Below are positions 12,374-23,312 of a DNA stretch of 64,000 nucleotides, one piece after another. This stretch comes from Tubiluchus corallicola (Eukaryota; Animalia; Priapulida). The translations under genes and the position numbers were made by a program. Location: NCBI GenBank assembly GCA_030141605.1, contig JAQGDQ010000174.1, positions 1-64,000 of the forward strand. The letters are read 5' to 3'. The notes under the pieces are model-generated. The model was given only the letters and a program-made list of their open reading frames with translations. It was not told the DNA's origin and did no database searches. Position 1 is the stretch's first letter, and every line of letters starts with the position of its first letter.

Positions 12374-13191
12374 CCAATTAATTTCTATATAGTTTTAATC
12401 TAATTTAAAGTGAATGATTATTGCTTTTACTAGTTTTTCTAAACTGGTTACGTACAAGTTTTAATGTAATTATGATTTTAAGTAACCTAGTTTTAATGAA
12501 AACATGATTTTAATTTTATGTTTACACTGTATGTAACATTTTAGCAATATAGAATACTAATAAATAATAAATAATTTTTGGTCTGCAAAACTGCTTCATT
12601 ACTGTAAAATTTCACCCAGTCAAACACCTGCAAAAGTCGAGTACCGGAACACAACCGGGTAGAAAATGATTTCCCCGCTACCCCGGTGCCCTAATAATAG
12701 TATCGGTATAAGTAGATGCATTGTAAGGCTCGGTTCACACCTCTCCCATGGTGGGCAAGTGAATAGAAGGGGTCAGTCTAAACGCTATGATATTGCAGGC
12801 TGGTATTGTTCAGCAGTTAACATTTGTGGGATACACGAACACAAGTCACTTAGCTCTACCGTGCTGGGCGTTCATGCCACGGTAAAGTGAACATGCTTAG
12901 CGGAGGGGGTGAATTGAAAATACACCAAATTTGTCTCTCCCTGGGGGAGGGGGGGGGTGAGATGGCTTACATCCTACAATTAAGTAACGGCTGTTACGCA
13001 CAATGGCACTGGAATGAATGTGCGGTTTTGTCTGTCCACATGTGGTCAGTCTGCACCGGTGAACGCTGCCAACTTGGTCAGAAAAACGGAAAATTACTTT
13101 TATAAAGAAACTAAAAGAGCGGGCAGTTTTTTTCTGCAAAAAATCGACATTAACTAACACCCGGTCTTTGGTATGCTCGCGACATTATAAG

Positions 13192-13609
13192 CAGGGCTCG
13201 AGGACCCTACAGGCTAGTATAGGGGCAGCTTAAGGACCATGAAGCTTGGGGGTGGGGTGAGACATACTATGCATTCATAGGGAGGTCAGGAAGCCCGAAA
13301 ATCTAATTTTCAAGTGGCTCCTCATTTGATATAAAGGATCCCTGTTTGAGGCGCTCTATTTGAGGTAAGGGCCCCCTTTGAAGCCCTTTATTTGAGAGAA
13401 GAGTCCCTCTTTGAAGCCCTTTATTTGAGATAAGGACCCCTTCTTTGAAGCCCTTTATTTGAAGTCTGGGGCCATCAGCTACGCAAATGTTGCTGAAATA
13501 TATCACAAGTAAAAAATATTCGAATCGAGTGCCAGCAAAAGAGGGTGGCTCCCTCTAAGGTGTCTCATAATTTCATTAGTTTAAGGGCCCCTAAAGGTCA
13601 TAAACCAAC
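13192..13609. mobile_element. hAT-like MITE with internal ~33-bp tandem repeats
   Basis: Begins CAGGGCT and is flanked by the direct repeat ATTATAAG (13184-13191, 13610-13617). Internal repeats ctttgaagcccttt-atttgag; the right TIR is degenerate. Confidence 0.5.
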
Positions 13610-13928
13610 ATTATAAGCACGTATAAGTATTGTACGAATTTGCTGTTTTTTAAGCTAAAATGTATTATTTTTCGTTAAAATCAACCAATGTCAATTTTTT
13701 AATAGAAGTGTATGTTTTCAGCATGGTTTACCGGAAACTGATTATGCTAGTTTTGGTTCCCAAAGTCCACTGCAAAAATTTTATGATTTAACCGAGACTG
13801 AGCGACTAAGATGTAGTATGAAAAGTGCCCGTATTTGGCCGAAACCAGAAATTTGTGATGAATCACCAAACCGTCTCCATTGGGAACTAATTTTAAAGAA
13901 ATTACATAAGCGACAACACCCTTGAAAA

Positions 13929-14122
13929 ACTCTGCTCTGTAAGATAAAGTGTTCTGAGAAACCTTCCCTTGGATGCTGCATGATTTGTCTACTATTGTGA
14001 GTTAGAAATCTATGACACACCGTTTTACTTCAAGGTAAGAATGGTGTGTCGTAGATTTCTAACTCACAAAAATAGACAAATCATGCAGCATTGAAGGGAA
14101 GGTTTATCTTGCAGAGCAGAGT
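13929..14122. repeat. Near-perfect ~190-nt palindrome / foldback
   Basis: actctgctctgtaagataaa...tgctgcatgatttgtcta...tgtgagttagaaatctatgacacacc pairs with ggtgtgtcgtagatttctaactcaca...tagacaaatcatgcagca...tttatcttgcagagcagagt. Centre near 14031. Confidence 0.92.
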
Positions 14123-14186
14123 CAACTGAAACTACACTTCTTGTCTATAGCCACATTAGTAAGCATTTACTTTTAAATGCCCTTAC

Positions 14187-14344
14187 CTGATATCTGCTAG
14201 AAAACTCGTCGTTGCCACGGCGACGCTGAGGTCCATCTCGATCTCTGTCGCTATAGCTATCTGCTGGTCGTCTGTAATTTGTGGAGAGGTTGCCACGACG
14301 ACTGTCGTCGTATCCGCCCCGCCAATGTTCGCGATTATTATAAT
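14187..14344 (-). CDS. Internal exon of small R/D/Y/S-rich protein: xYNNREHWRGGYDDSRRGNLSTNYRRPADSYSDRDRDGPQRRRGNDEFSSRYQ
   Basis: GC/CpG-rich island in an AT-rich background, bounded by a strong acceptor (long T tract + ctag) and a strong donor (CAG|GTAAGG). 158 nt, phase 1/0, no stop. Confidence 0.75.
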
Positions 14345-14845
14345 CTAGAAAAAAAAATATTTTTGCTTATAAATAGCCTATACTGTCACAGTTCAAGCTT
14401 GATCCATTCACAGTAAGCATGTGACAACTTACAACAAACTGCGTGAGTGGCAGTACTTTCTCTCCTTGGGCTCACGCGTATCTGAAGCGGTGTAATATTG
14501 AGTGAAAATAGGGGGTGCTGCAGTTCCACAGTATTGCGTGCGTGCAAAAATTTATATTGTATTATTCTATTATTATGGGCCTTAATTATTATAAATAATT
14601 ACTAAAATGTTTTATAAGCAAGTTTGCGGTACATGTAGTAAGGACATAATTATATTTGACCGTGTTGTACATATTCTCTTATATCATGATACATTGCAGA
14701 ATTATCGGCCTGAAAATAGTAGAGGCCTTGCATATATATATATATCGTGAGGGTCCTTATTGTACAAATAAATAAAAACTTATTATCATCAACAATTCAG
14801 TCATATTTTTCAATAAAAACAAATAGTGTTAATCGCTCGTCTTAC

Positions 14846-14861
14846 AGTGATTATTGATCAT
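14846..14861 (-). CDS. Alternative candidate first coding exon (1b): MINNH + T
   Basis: ATG ATC AAT AAT CAC T|GTAAGA, phase 1, with an in-frame stop upstream. YY1-like CCGCCATCTT near 14915-14906 and ETS-like ACTTCCTG near 15032. Confidence 0.4.
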
Positions 14862-17034
14862 TGAACGATTTCAGTAAAATAATTTCCTACGGTTTTCATT
14901 TGTCTAAGATGGCGGAACGCTATAGTCTACGACAATACGTGACATTTAAATCCCTGACACATTACTGACGTTTCTCTTCGATTTTGTGGGGAAACAAAAT
15001 TGCAGATAAGTCGCAGTCGTTCAATAGGTTACTTCCTGTGAGCATTATGATCTTGAAAACATTTTCAGCTTTCTTACATTGTATTTTCATTTGAAATGCT
15101 TTACAGCATGTATGCCTCTAAACGCCCCATTAGTGAACTAAAATTTGAAAATTTCCTATTCTAGAGTTTCCACAATGTTTTAACTTAGAATGTTTCGTAT
15201 GTAAAAATTCGAAAACTAGCGTCTTCACGACTCTGATAATGTTATACCTGACAAGACTACTAACTTTAGCTTGCCTTGCACTTTACGTACGCGCGGTAGA
15301 GTTCTTACATCCACATTACATGATACCAGCTGGGCCAAAATTCTGAAAATCAAATATTTGCAGCAGAATATCTTTTTAACGCAGACAAAAAAGTCTAAAA
15401 AATCTGCATTGAAAGAGCAGAAACGCCATCTCAGCTAGCACAATGTGAAGGCCCCTGACCGCCTGCTTTCAAATAATACAGCTAAAACTCGCCAGCAACT
15501 ATTGAAAATTTTAGGGAAGTGGTTCGTTCTGCGATTTTCGTAACATTTAGTCTTTATCGTTGGTCAAATAGAACGAAATGTTTTGAATTTCGGGCGATTC
15601 TGAGACTGTCTCACAATTGAACCAGATTTCATGTGTTTTTTGTAAAACTGTTTCAAAAGAACTGGAATGAATGGAAGAAACGATAGGAAACTGATCATCA
15701 CAAGGTCTCCCAAAAGTCACTATACACTTTAGATTTTTATCAAACACTGTAAAATGTTTGGAAGTTGGCACAGATGTATTAAAACCTTGAGAGCAATTCA
15801 CTTAGTCAAATTAGACAAAAATCTGAAAAGAATTACTGCACGAGTATAGGCTTTGCTATTTTCGCTACCTTCTTCAAGGACCTCAAGAGCCTCAGAACCC
15901 AATTCAATTATGGTAAGTCGGGCATCTTGCTTTGAAAAAAATCTCTTACAGCCCACGAGTGGGGAGAAAGAGCTGTACCTTGTGCAGTGAGTGAGTACTA
16001 GTGAGAGAAGAGTGTGGTCCATATGGTGTTCTAAATTTTGGCTGAACTTCAGTTAGTGATCAAAGAACCTGATGTCAGACTGATTTTGCACTTCATTTCT
16101 AACGTTACTGTCGTTGCCATAGCAACAGTTCCAGTAAAAAAATATATCGGAGGCCCCTTTTGATTTATGTAAGAGCTTACTGAGACTGTAGAAAATTCAA
16201 AAAGAAAATTTGCATCAAAATTGTATAGTGACTTATGGAACACCCCATAGCCTTGGTTCAATTCCTTCTGTAAATACAATGTACTATAATATATAGGCGT
16301 CGATGAAATTACTGAAGCAGAGCAGAACTAATAGCTCACGGAATGCAAAAAAAACGAAAATGCGTCAAAGCTAAACTGTTTACCAGACTCAAATCTATTG
16401 TTTTGACAATCCCCCGCCCATAATTCCTTTTGTTTAATTTAAGTTTGCTTTAAAATATTGCTCCAAAGTGGAGTCATAGTAATTTTCCCCTTTGCAGCTT
16501 ACAAGCAGAACGTATCGCAGGATGTTTTTGAAGTGATTTTCAACAATGAACATCACTGATTTCATTTTTTACGTGAGTATGAACTCAAACTGTTATGCAG
16601 GTTAAATACTTTCTTTTTAGAAACGTTTACTGTAATAGAAGTGTACAGAAACCGGAATCAATATCCCAGAAAGAAACTAGAAGCTAGTGTTACTGTACCA
16701 ATTATTCTTCCAAAACTTATGCCTGGTGGTCTGCGTAAAGCACGTAATTCGCGTAGTTAGATGAAATTCAATTTGTAATGGCAAATTGAAAAGATGACCT
16801 AAATAATACGCCCATACATGCTCATTGGGGCATTGCAGTGGAAGTGTTTGGCGAAAACTTCAGCTTCACAAAGCCAAAACCAGCACAAGTCTCTCTATAT
16901 ACAGTATATCATGAATAAATTCAGCTAAAATATTTTCTCACTGCTTGTGAAAAGTATCGCAAAAATGAACAATAATTTAAAGTAATTACTCTGTAAACAA
17001 ATAAAACTAAAAACATTGTACACGCAAAAAGAAT

Positions 17035-17040
17035 TTTATT
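17035..17040 (-). terminator. Candidate poly(A) signal of the insulin-like gene
   Basis: AATAAA on the minus strand about 610 nt after the stop codon. Confidence 0.4.
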
Positions 17041-17652
17041 TAAAACAAAATGTAATACAAAAAAATTTCCGAATGAATGCACTAAGTGATTCTATTACAA
17101 ATCTATATAAGTACTACAGTATAATAATTACTATTGTCTATTTGTATAAAATCGTTTTTACAATCGTCATGAGTTCGTCATTTGGCCTTTTCTAACTATA
17201 GACGTGATCAAATGGGCACATGATCTTAATGCTGTTAATATTTTAATTACACATTTTATAGGAACGCGAGAAAACCTAACGCTTTACAGCTTGTAAAAGC
17301 GATACTCGCTTAAAATAGTTCATTAACACAACTGGCAGATGGCGACACTAACTTGTCTCAACGAAATATTCTGCCGAAATAAAAAATAAAAGTGCGTCAG
17401 CTTGTCAGAAAAAGAGACAGGTATAGGTAGACACTAATTTAAAAACAAAGATGAAAGTGTAGATAGACACAGGCGTTGATATCAACTGCTTCATTTTTTG
17501 CTATGAATTAGCACAGGTAAAGGCTTCTAATACCTGTTTCCAAGTTTTTCATTTGTTCTGCAGCAGGTCCGTAATCTATTGCAGTTGTCACCTGTTTGTT
17601 CCTTACGTAGTATTTTCATTATACGCAACCGTTTCGTTTCAATGAAATTCGA

Positions 17653-18045
17653 TTATTTGCAATATGACAAGATTTCGTGGATGCGACACGATTTTTTGCA
17701 GCATTCGTCGTATGCACCACGCTTTTCCCGCCTGGCGGCACCACCTGTACCAAAATAAACATTTGCAGCAGACTTTGTCAAGAATGGCGACGTTCCTTTG
17801 TCACTATGACTAGCGAATTTGTGATGACCGTGACGAACTTTATGTAGATGAGATCCACTGCTGCTAAATACCTGTGGCACCTGACGACCAAAAGCAGTGT
17901 TGTAGTACGAGCCCTTGCAAACGAGATTGAACATCATCGGCAGTCTCCTACCACAAAAACGTCTACAATGCACTTGAGGTAGTCCTAAACATATCACAGT
18001 CATCACAACAACAGCTTTCTCTAGGTGCAAACAAGAGATCTGCAT
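17653..18045 (-). CDS. Insulin-like peptide precursor (insulin/IGF/relaxin family), 130 aa, no intron in the CDS
   Basis: The first ATG at 18045 gives a signal-like N-terminus MQISCLHLEKAVVVMTVICLGLPQVHC. B-chain RRFCGRRLPMMFNLVCKGSYYN (C-x11-C with CGxxL), furin site RREKR, A-chain GAYDECCKKSCRIHEILSYCK (CC-x3-C-x8-C). The overall pattern resembles arthropod insulin-related peptides such as locust LIRP (from memory). Confidence 0.93.
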   Translation of the reverse strand: MQISCLHLEKAVVVMTVICLGLPQVHCRRFCGRRLPMMFNLVCKGSYYNTAFGRQVPQVFSSSGSHLHKVRHGHHKFASHSDKGTSPFLTKSAANVYFGTGGAARREKRGAYDECCKKSCRIHEILSYCK

Positions 18046-20202
18046 ATCTTTCGAAAATCGAAATGCCCTAAATGGTGTCGTGTTGACGATACAGTATGGG
18101 CCTATAAGCACTTGCTGCTGTACCTCCACGTAAGCAAGCGAGCACACCCCAACAAAAACTGTTGGAATGGCGGCAAAGAACGAACTGTTACGCCGTCATG
18201 AATGAAACTGAGACCAAGCTACTGAACTGTTTGTGTATTTACAAAACTAGTACGCGCGACCATGCGCTACTTCTTTGCATGTTGAATAACCTATTCAGGT
18301 GAACTGGTTCCACAACATTCCGGCGTCGACGGCCTCAGCAGGCTCAGCTTGGTTCTTATATGCTGTAGTCGATCAGGTCGTCAGATCATGACCACGTGCA
18401 AAGAGAAGGGCACCAGATTATCAGCAATTTTCCTTGAAGTTAAAAATCTTTTGATTTCCGCATGTGGGGCGTGTTGATCTGAACTTTCTTGTTCCGCATT
18501 TTTGTCGGGGGTCATTCGATGTAAGTGCTGTCAAGCTGAGGTCGCAGATTTTTTCACTAATAACACCTTTTTCTGTTTTTTCATAGTTCACAGAGCTAAA
18601 TGCCTAAACGCCCAGTCCTCAAATGACCTCAACTTAATTATTGCAAACAATCAACTGCATTGATATGATATCGCTCGAACTGGATTTTTTTTACTGGGTA
18701 GTCGGACCTGCAGATTTCCAATACAAGCATTGTGAAATGTTCTCATAGCAACTCTTAGCAGTAAGAACTTGAAAACGAAATGAAATGAAATGTGAGGAGA
18801 CGGGATTTGAACGTACTAGTCTAATGCCATAATCACTAGACTATTCACTTCACTGAAGATCTCGCCAGGCTCGTTTCCATTTTTTTAAATTAATTTCGTT
18901 TCAAAAAAGAAAATATTTTTGGTATGATGCGTTTACTACTGGAAAACTGTCAGTAAGTAATAAGAAAAATATTTATTCAGATGAATGGTATGATAGTTGT
19001 GCTATAGTAATATGATTGCGGATTTTGATGCGTGTTTTAGATAAATTCAACTCTCTATACCATTACAAATACACTATTTAAAATATTATCATTTGTTTAT
19101 GGAATTTAATTACTCGTTGAAGATCTCACTAAGAAGTACCCTACATGCAACTTTAGAAATGCATGTGCTTCCTAGATGTCAAGTTAATAATAATTGTAAA
19201 AATAATAACACGCAGACAGACGTTGTGTAAACGAAACAAACAATTTCTTCGCTCCGGGCAATCTACATGTATAGATGGTAACTTACTCCTACAGTTCATG
19301 AGAAATACGATTTTTGAACAGCATGAAGCAACTATCACTATAAGGGTACCAACGATTTTTACACAGTGACTATTGATATATTGCGATCAAAGTTTACAAA
19401 AAAATTTATTATTCGTACTTCTAAAAACCCCCAAGAACAAGACCAGAAATCTTCGTTCTTTTTAACAAGAATCATCCGCCACAGAATTACTAGAAACCTC
19501 AAAAGCTACTGCAGACTACAGCCAAAACAAACAGACTTGTTCCATAAATGAATATCGTAATTACTGTTGAGTGTTTAAAAACTTGTCTGTGTCTTTGTTT
19601 GGGTCATTTAGTTTGTTTTATTTGTGAAAATGTTTGGATTAACAATGGCCCTGGTCGATCCAAATCTGTAATACATTACATTTAAATTATTATTACGTTT
19701 AATTTATGCTCGAATCTTTCCGGTACTCTCTCCTTCTGCTTGAGTTTTTTATTCGTGTTTAGAATCAGATACCCGCCCAGCAAGAGAACGAACACTTTGT
19801 CTACTTACAACTGAAATTAGTCCGGAACGCGAAGCATTGGTTTATTCGTTTGTTGTTGTCCAGCTGTTTGGATATGTCATTTAAATAGCCCTTTATTGTT
19901 GTCATGATCCGTTTTTTTGTGAAAATGTCATTTAGAGCGCTATTTATCATTGAAATGAAATCGGTTTTTCATAAAACTTTAGAACATGGAGAAACTCTAT
20001 TGTAGCAACACAATGTAAGACCGGCTAATAACCTATTGTATTAACGAGACCCAGCATCACAGTTTTATAGAATTACTTTGCAAGTGAAGAACTTACAAAG
20101 AGAGGATTCCATACCTAGCTGTTCTGCTATACAATAAAAAAGGGTATTGCGTTTATATAACCCTCCTCTCTTTTATCTGAAATACATGTAGTAATAATAT
20201 TA

Positions 20203-20272
20203 GCAGCAGCAGCAGCAGCAACAACAACAACAACAACAACAACAACAACCAACCAACCACCGCCGCCGCCAC
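20203..20272. repeat. Compound (CAG)(CAA)(CCG) microsatellite
   Basis: Direct inspection. Confidence 0.9.
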
Positions 20273-21505
20273 TGCTGCACTCGTTGCGCCCAGCGATAGT
20301 TGTAAACAACTAACATTTTCCATGTATTGAATAACAGGTTGGCAGAAATATAAACGAACTTGGAATGGCAGTTTTCTACACACACAAATACATCAGCTTC
20401 ATTTACAAACTGTATTAGTTCAGTTATTTCAATTATCAACTCACGGTGCCTCACAACTCAAAAATCAAAACAGGATTTGTTTACGAACACAAAGTACTTC
20501 ATTTCTCAGAAAAAATTACTGTTTCTGTAAATGCGAACAATTGCCGAAGTTCCAAAGGATAACCTTGAACTTGATAATGAAATCAAAGTGACGTAGACAG
20601 GCTATTTTGAAAACCAATTAATTTACGTACAAAAATAATGTGCCATAAGCTTTCTGCTTGGAAAGGAAACGAGCAAAAAACGTAAGTGCGCGAAAAATAA
20701 GGTGCTAAAGGAGTAATATTGAATTACTTATAACAATTATTTATATTATATGATAATTTTTATTATTAAATACATCTAGAGCATAATTATGAAGACTATA
20801 ATATAAACCGATTATTTTGAATCTAAACTCTTATATTTGTTTTCACTGTGCTTTAAGCAATTGTTTTATTAATTTAGTTAATTAACACTTTGAATATCTG
20901 CTGGCTGTTTATTGGTTGGTCGGTCGAGGTGTTTTTTGCTTCTCCGTCTGATTGTTGGTACTTGGTTGATTCACTGATTGATTCTATGGCTGATTTGAAA
21001 ATTGGTTAACTGGCTGGCTTATAATAATGTTGTCATGTGCTAAATATCTACTGTAGTCACAGTCAAGTCTAAATTTAAATTTTAATCTAAACTTTTCAAA
21101 CTAAATAACTAAACTTGTCAAACTTTATCAATGTTCAAATATCGATGTTCGAACCCTAATACATCAAACAGTCAATTTTTGGCCTAGCGGGGCTTAACTG
21201 AAATTCAAACATGTTTCAAACATAGAGAGTGCTTTTCGATAGTTGCGCCATTAATGAAAAAGCAAAATAATATGATATAATAAAATTAACAAATTATAAG
21301 TTTGCGTTTTATAAAACAAAAAAATTAAAACACAAAATTGCCGATAACTGTTGATGCGTATAAACATCGTATCGTTGAAGGTACAGCTCTTGTAAATACG
21401 TGGGCACACAACTATAAATTTTATGGAGAAACTACAGAGTTCTTGGTTTACATAAACATTGTTGGGAATTTTGAAAAAACACGCAATTTATAAGCACACA
21501 CTTAC

Positions 21506-21590
21506 GTTTTGCTTTTTCTCGATGAGTATTAGAGTTCAACCTTGGATCACCAGGTGAAAAATCTACTTTTAGTCTCGAACTTGGAGCCAT
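21506..21590 (-). CDS. Candidate first coding exon (1a) of a small spliced gene: MAPSSRLKVDFSPGDPRLNSNTHREKAK
   Basis: aagATGGCT start context and a perfect donor C|GTAAGT in phase 1. CpG-rich promoter-like sequence lies upstream at 21720-21950. The phase fits the acceptor at 14344; the connection itself is inferred. Confidence 0.55.
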
Positions 21591-21719
21591 CTTTGGAAGA
21601 AAAGAACCCGTAGACATTCTTCTCAGACACAACAATAAATTTCCTCTTGGGCTTGATAAACTTGTAAATTTATTTACAAGAAGTTAACAAACGACTAAAC
21701 GCATATCATACATAATGAA

Positions 21720-21950
21720 TCGCAAAGCCCCGCGGCTGACGTATGACCATCACGTTTAAATTTTGCGAGAGGACAGTTTAAACTTCGTTCCGCGTATCCC
21801 GTGGTATCATGCGGGTGCTCTAAAGCTTTGTCCAAAATAGGCCCCGCCACGTGACCCACTCAGCTTAGATCTAGAATTAATTGCTCTTCGGCTGCTTTAT
21901 AGATGGGAACCAATCAGGATGCATAGATCACTGTGGGGAGGCCCAGGATT
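21720..21950 (-). promoter_or_regulatory. Promoter-like CpG-rich cluster upstream of exon 1a
   Basis: TGACGT, GC-box CCCCGCC, E-box CACGTG and CCAAT lie within about 230 nt, 130-360 nt upstream of the ATG at 21590. Confidence 0.45.
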
Positions 21951-22991
21951 ATGGTTGCACTAAATAACATTAAATAAATAAAATTTCGTAAGTCTGGCAA
22001 AACTATCCCGAAAAGAAAACAAAAATAAAAACAAATGGTACGCACATTAATTAAACTACCAAGATACAAATAAAACGATGCGTTTATTTCCTGTTATATG
22101 TACCCAAATTCATCAACTTATCAATTATTTTTTGTTTAATATTTTGTTTAACTTTAACTAACATAGCAAGTACATTACAAAACAAAAACTATAAAACTTA
22201 ACGAGCAACCCAGAACGTTGGTGAATTTACGTTTTTAATTAATTACTGTAAGTTTGCATTTCTACGGGGTATTGTTTAATTAAATTTAAATGGTAAAAAA
22301 GGAGACAAAACAATTAAACAATAAAAATTAATTTTATAGAATAATGTGGGATGTTCTATTGTCACATTAGACATTCATGGTAATGGTTGAATTTTTAAAA
22401 ACCATTTACGTTAATTAGAAGAATCAATTAATTGTTATCAACAAGTTTTACCATATTTAACAAAAATGTGACTTGTCTATTAAAATTTATTTGGATGAAT
22501 GAGTTCATTAGTTAAAAACATTTCTGTCCTGCATATCTACATTGCTGTCAGTTTTGTCGTCCGCAGAGCTACGATAATATTTCTATATCACAGTTGATTT
22601 ATGTGGCCAACTCAAAATGATAGCTCGCTTTGCAATTTAATAGTCTCCCGTGATATTTAATGTGTATTAGCTATCATAATTTATTTCGTCTTCCGTTTTG
22701 ATAAATATTTGATAAGAATCTTTCATTAGCATGCAGTTATCATTTGAGAGCCGATATAAAATAAAGTTAAACGGAGAGTGAGGAAGAATTTTCTTAGATT
22801 CAACTTTAAACACAGTTTCCGACTACAGAAGTAATTAATGAGTTTTTATTTGTTCAGAACGACTTGCACAATACAACAGTACTGTGGCATGTAAATAAAA
22901 TCTGAATTTTATTTACTAACATCGCCATTTTGATGTTATGATTCAATATAACTTTTATCAAGCCAATTTTATTACAGGCAGATAAAAACAA

Positions 22992-23312
22992 TTGTAGTTA
23001 AAAACAACACAACTTTATTAAAAATTTTACATTAAAAAGTTGAAAGTTAAAATCATGCCAGAAGTTTTGACTAACTGCTGCCGTCATCATCAGTGATAAA
23101 TTTACAAACATACAACCAGTTTATATAGGCAGAGCACTAATATAGCTCTGCTTATGCACAAATATAAGCTCTGCCTATATAAACTGATTGTATGTTTGTA
23201 AGAATACCACTGATGATGACAGCAGCAGTTAGTCGAAACGTTTGGCATGATTTTAACTTTCAACTTTTTAATGTAAAAGTTTTTAATAAAATTGTGTTGT
23301 TTTTAACCACAA
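22992..23312. mobile_element. Inverted pair of Penelope-like pseudo-LTR fragments
   Basis: Arms 22992-23135 and 23168-23312 are reverse complements. Each carries a hammerhead-like core and shares sequence with the Penelope relic at 4352-4395. Confidence 0.75.
23204..23248 (+). ncRNA. Minimal type I hammerhead ribozyme motif (Penelope-type)
   Basis: atacca-CTGATGA-tgac-agcagcagtta-gtc-GAAAC-GTT-tggcat: conserved cores CUGAUGA and GAAA, stem II gac/gtc, palindromic AACGTT in place of stem III, stem I atacca/tggcat with one mismatch. Confidence 0.7.

Noticed and set aside
14909-14968. Plus-strand aagATGGCGG start (MAERYSLRQYVTFKSLTHY*)
   Set aside because: Only 19 codons with no good donor; better explained as a YY1-type promoter motif.
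18046-18147. 34-aa N-terminal extension of the insulin ORF in the ORF track
   Set aside because: Starts at a non-ATG codon; the first ATG (18045) gives a normal signal peptide.
18800-18850. tRNA-like B-box (gggatttgaac on +)
   Set aside because: No cloverleaf can be formed; at most a decayed SINE head.
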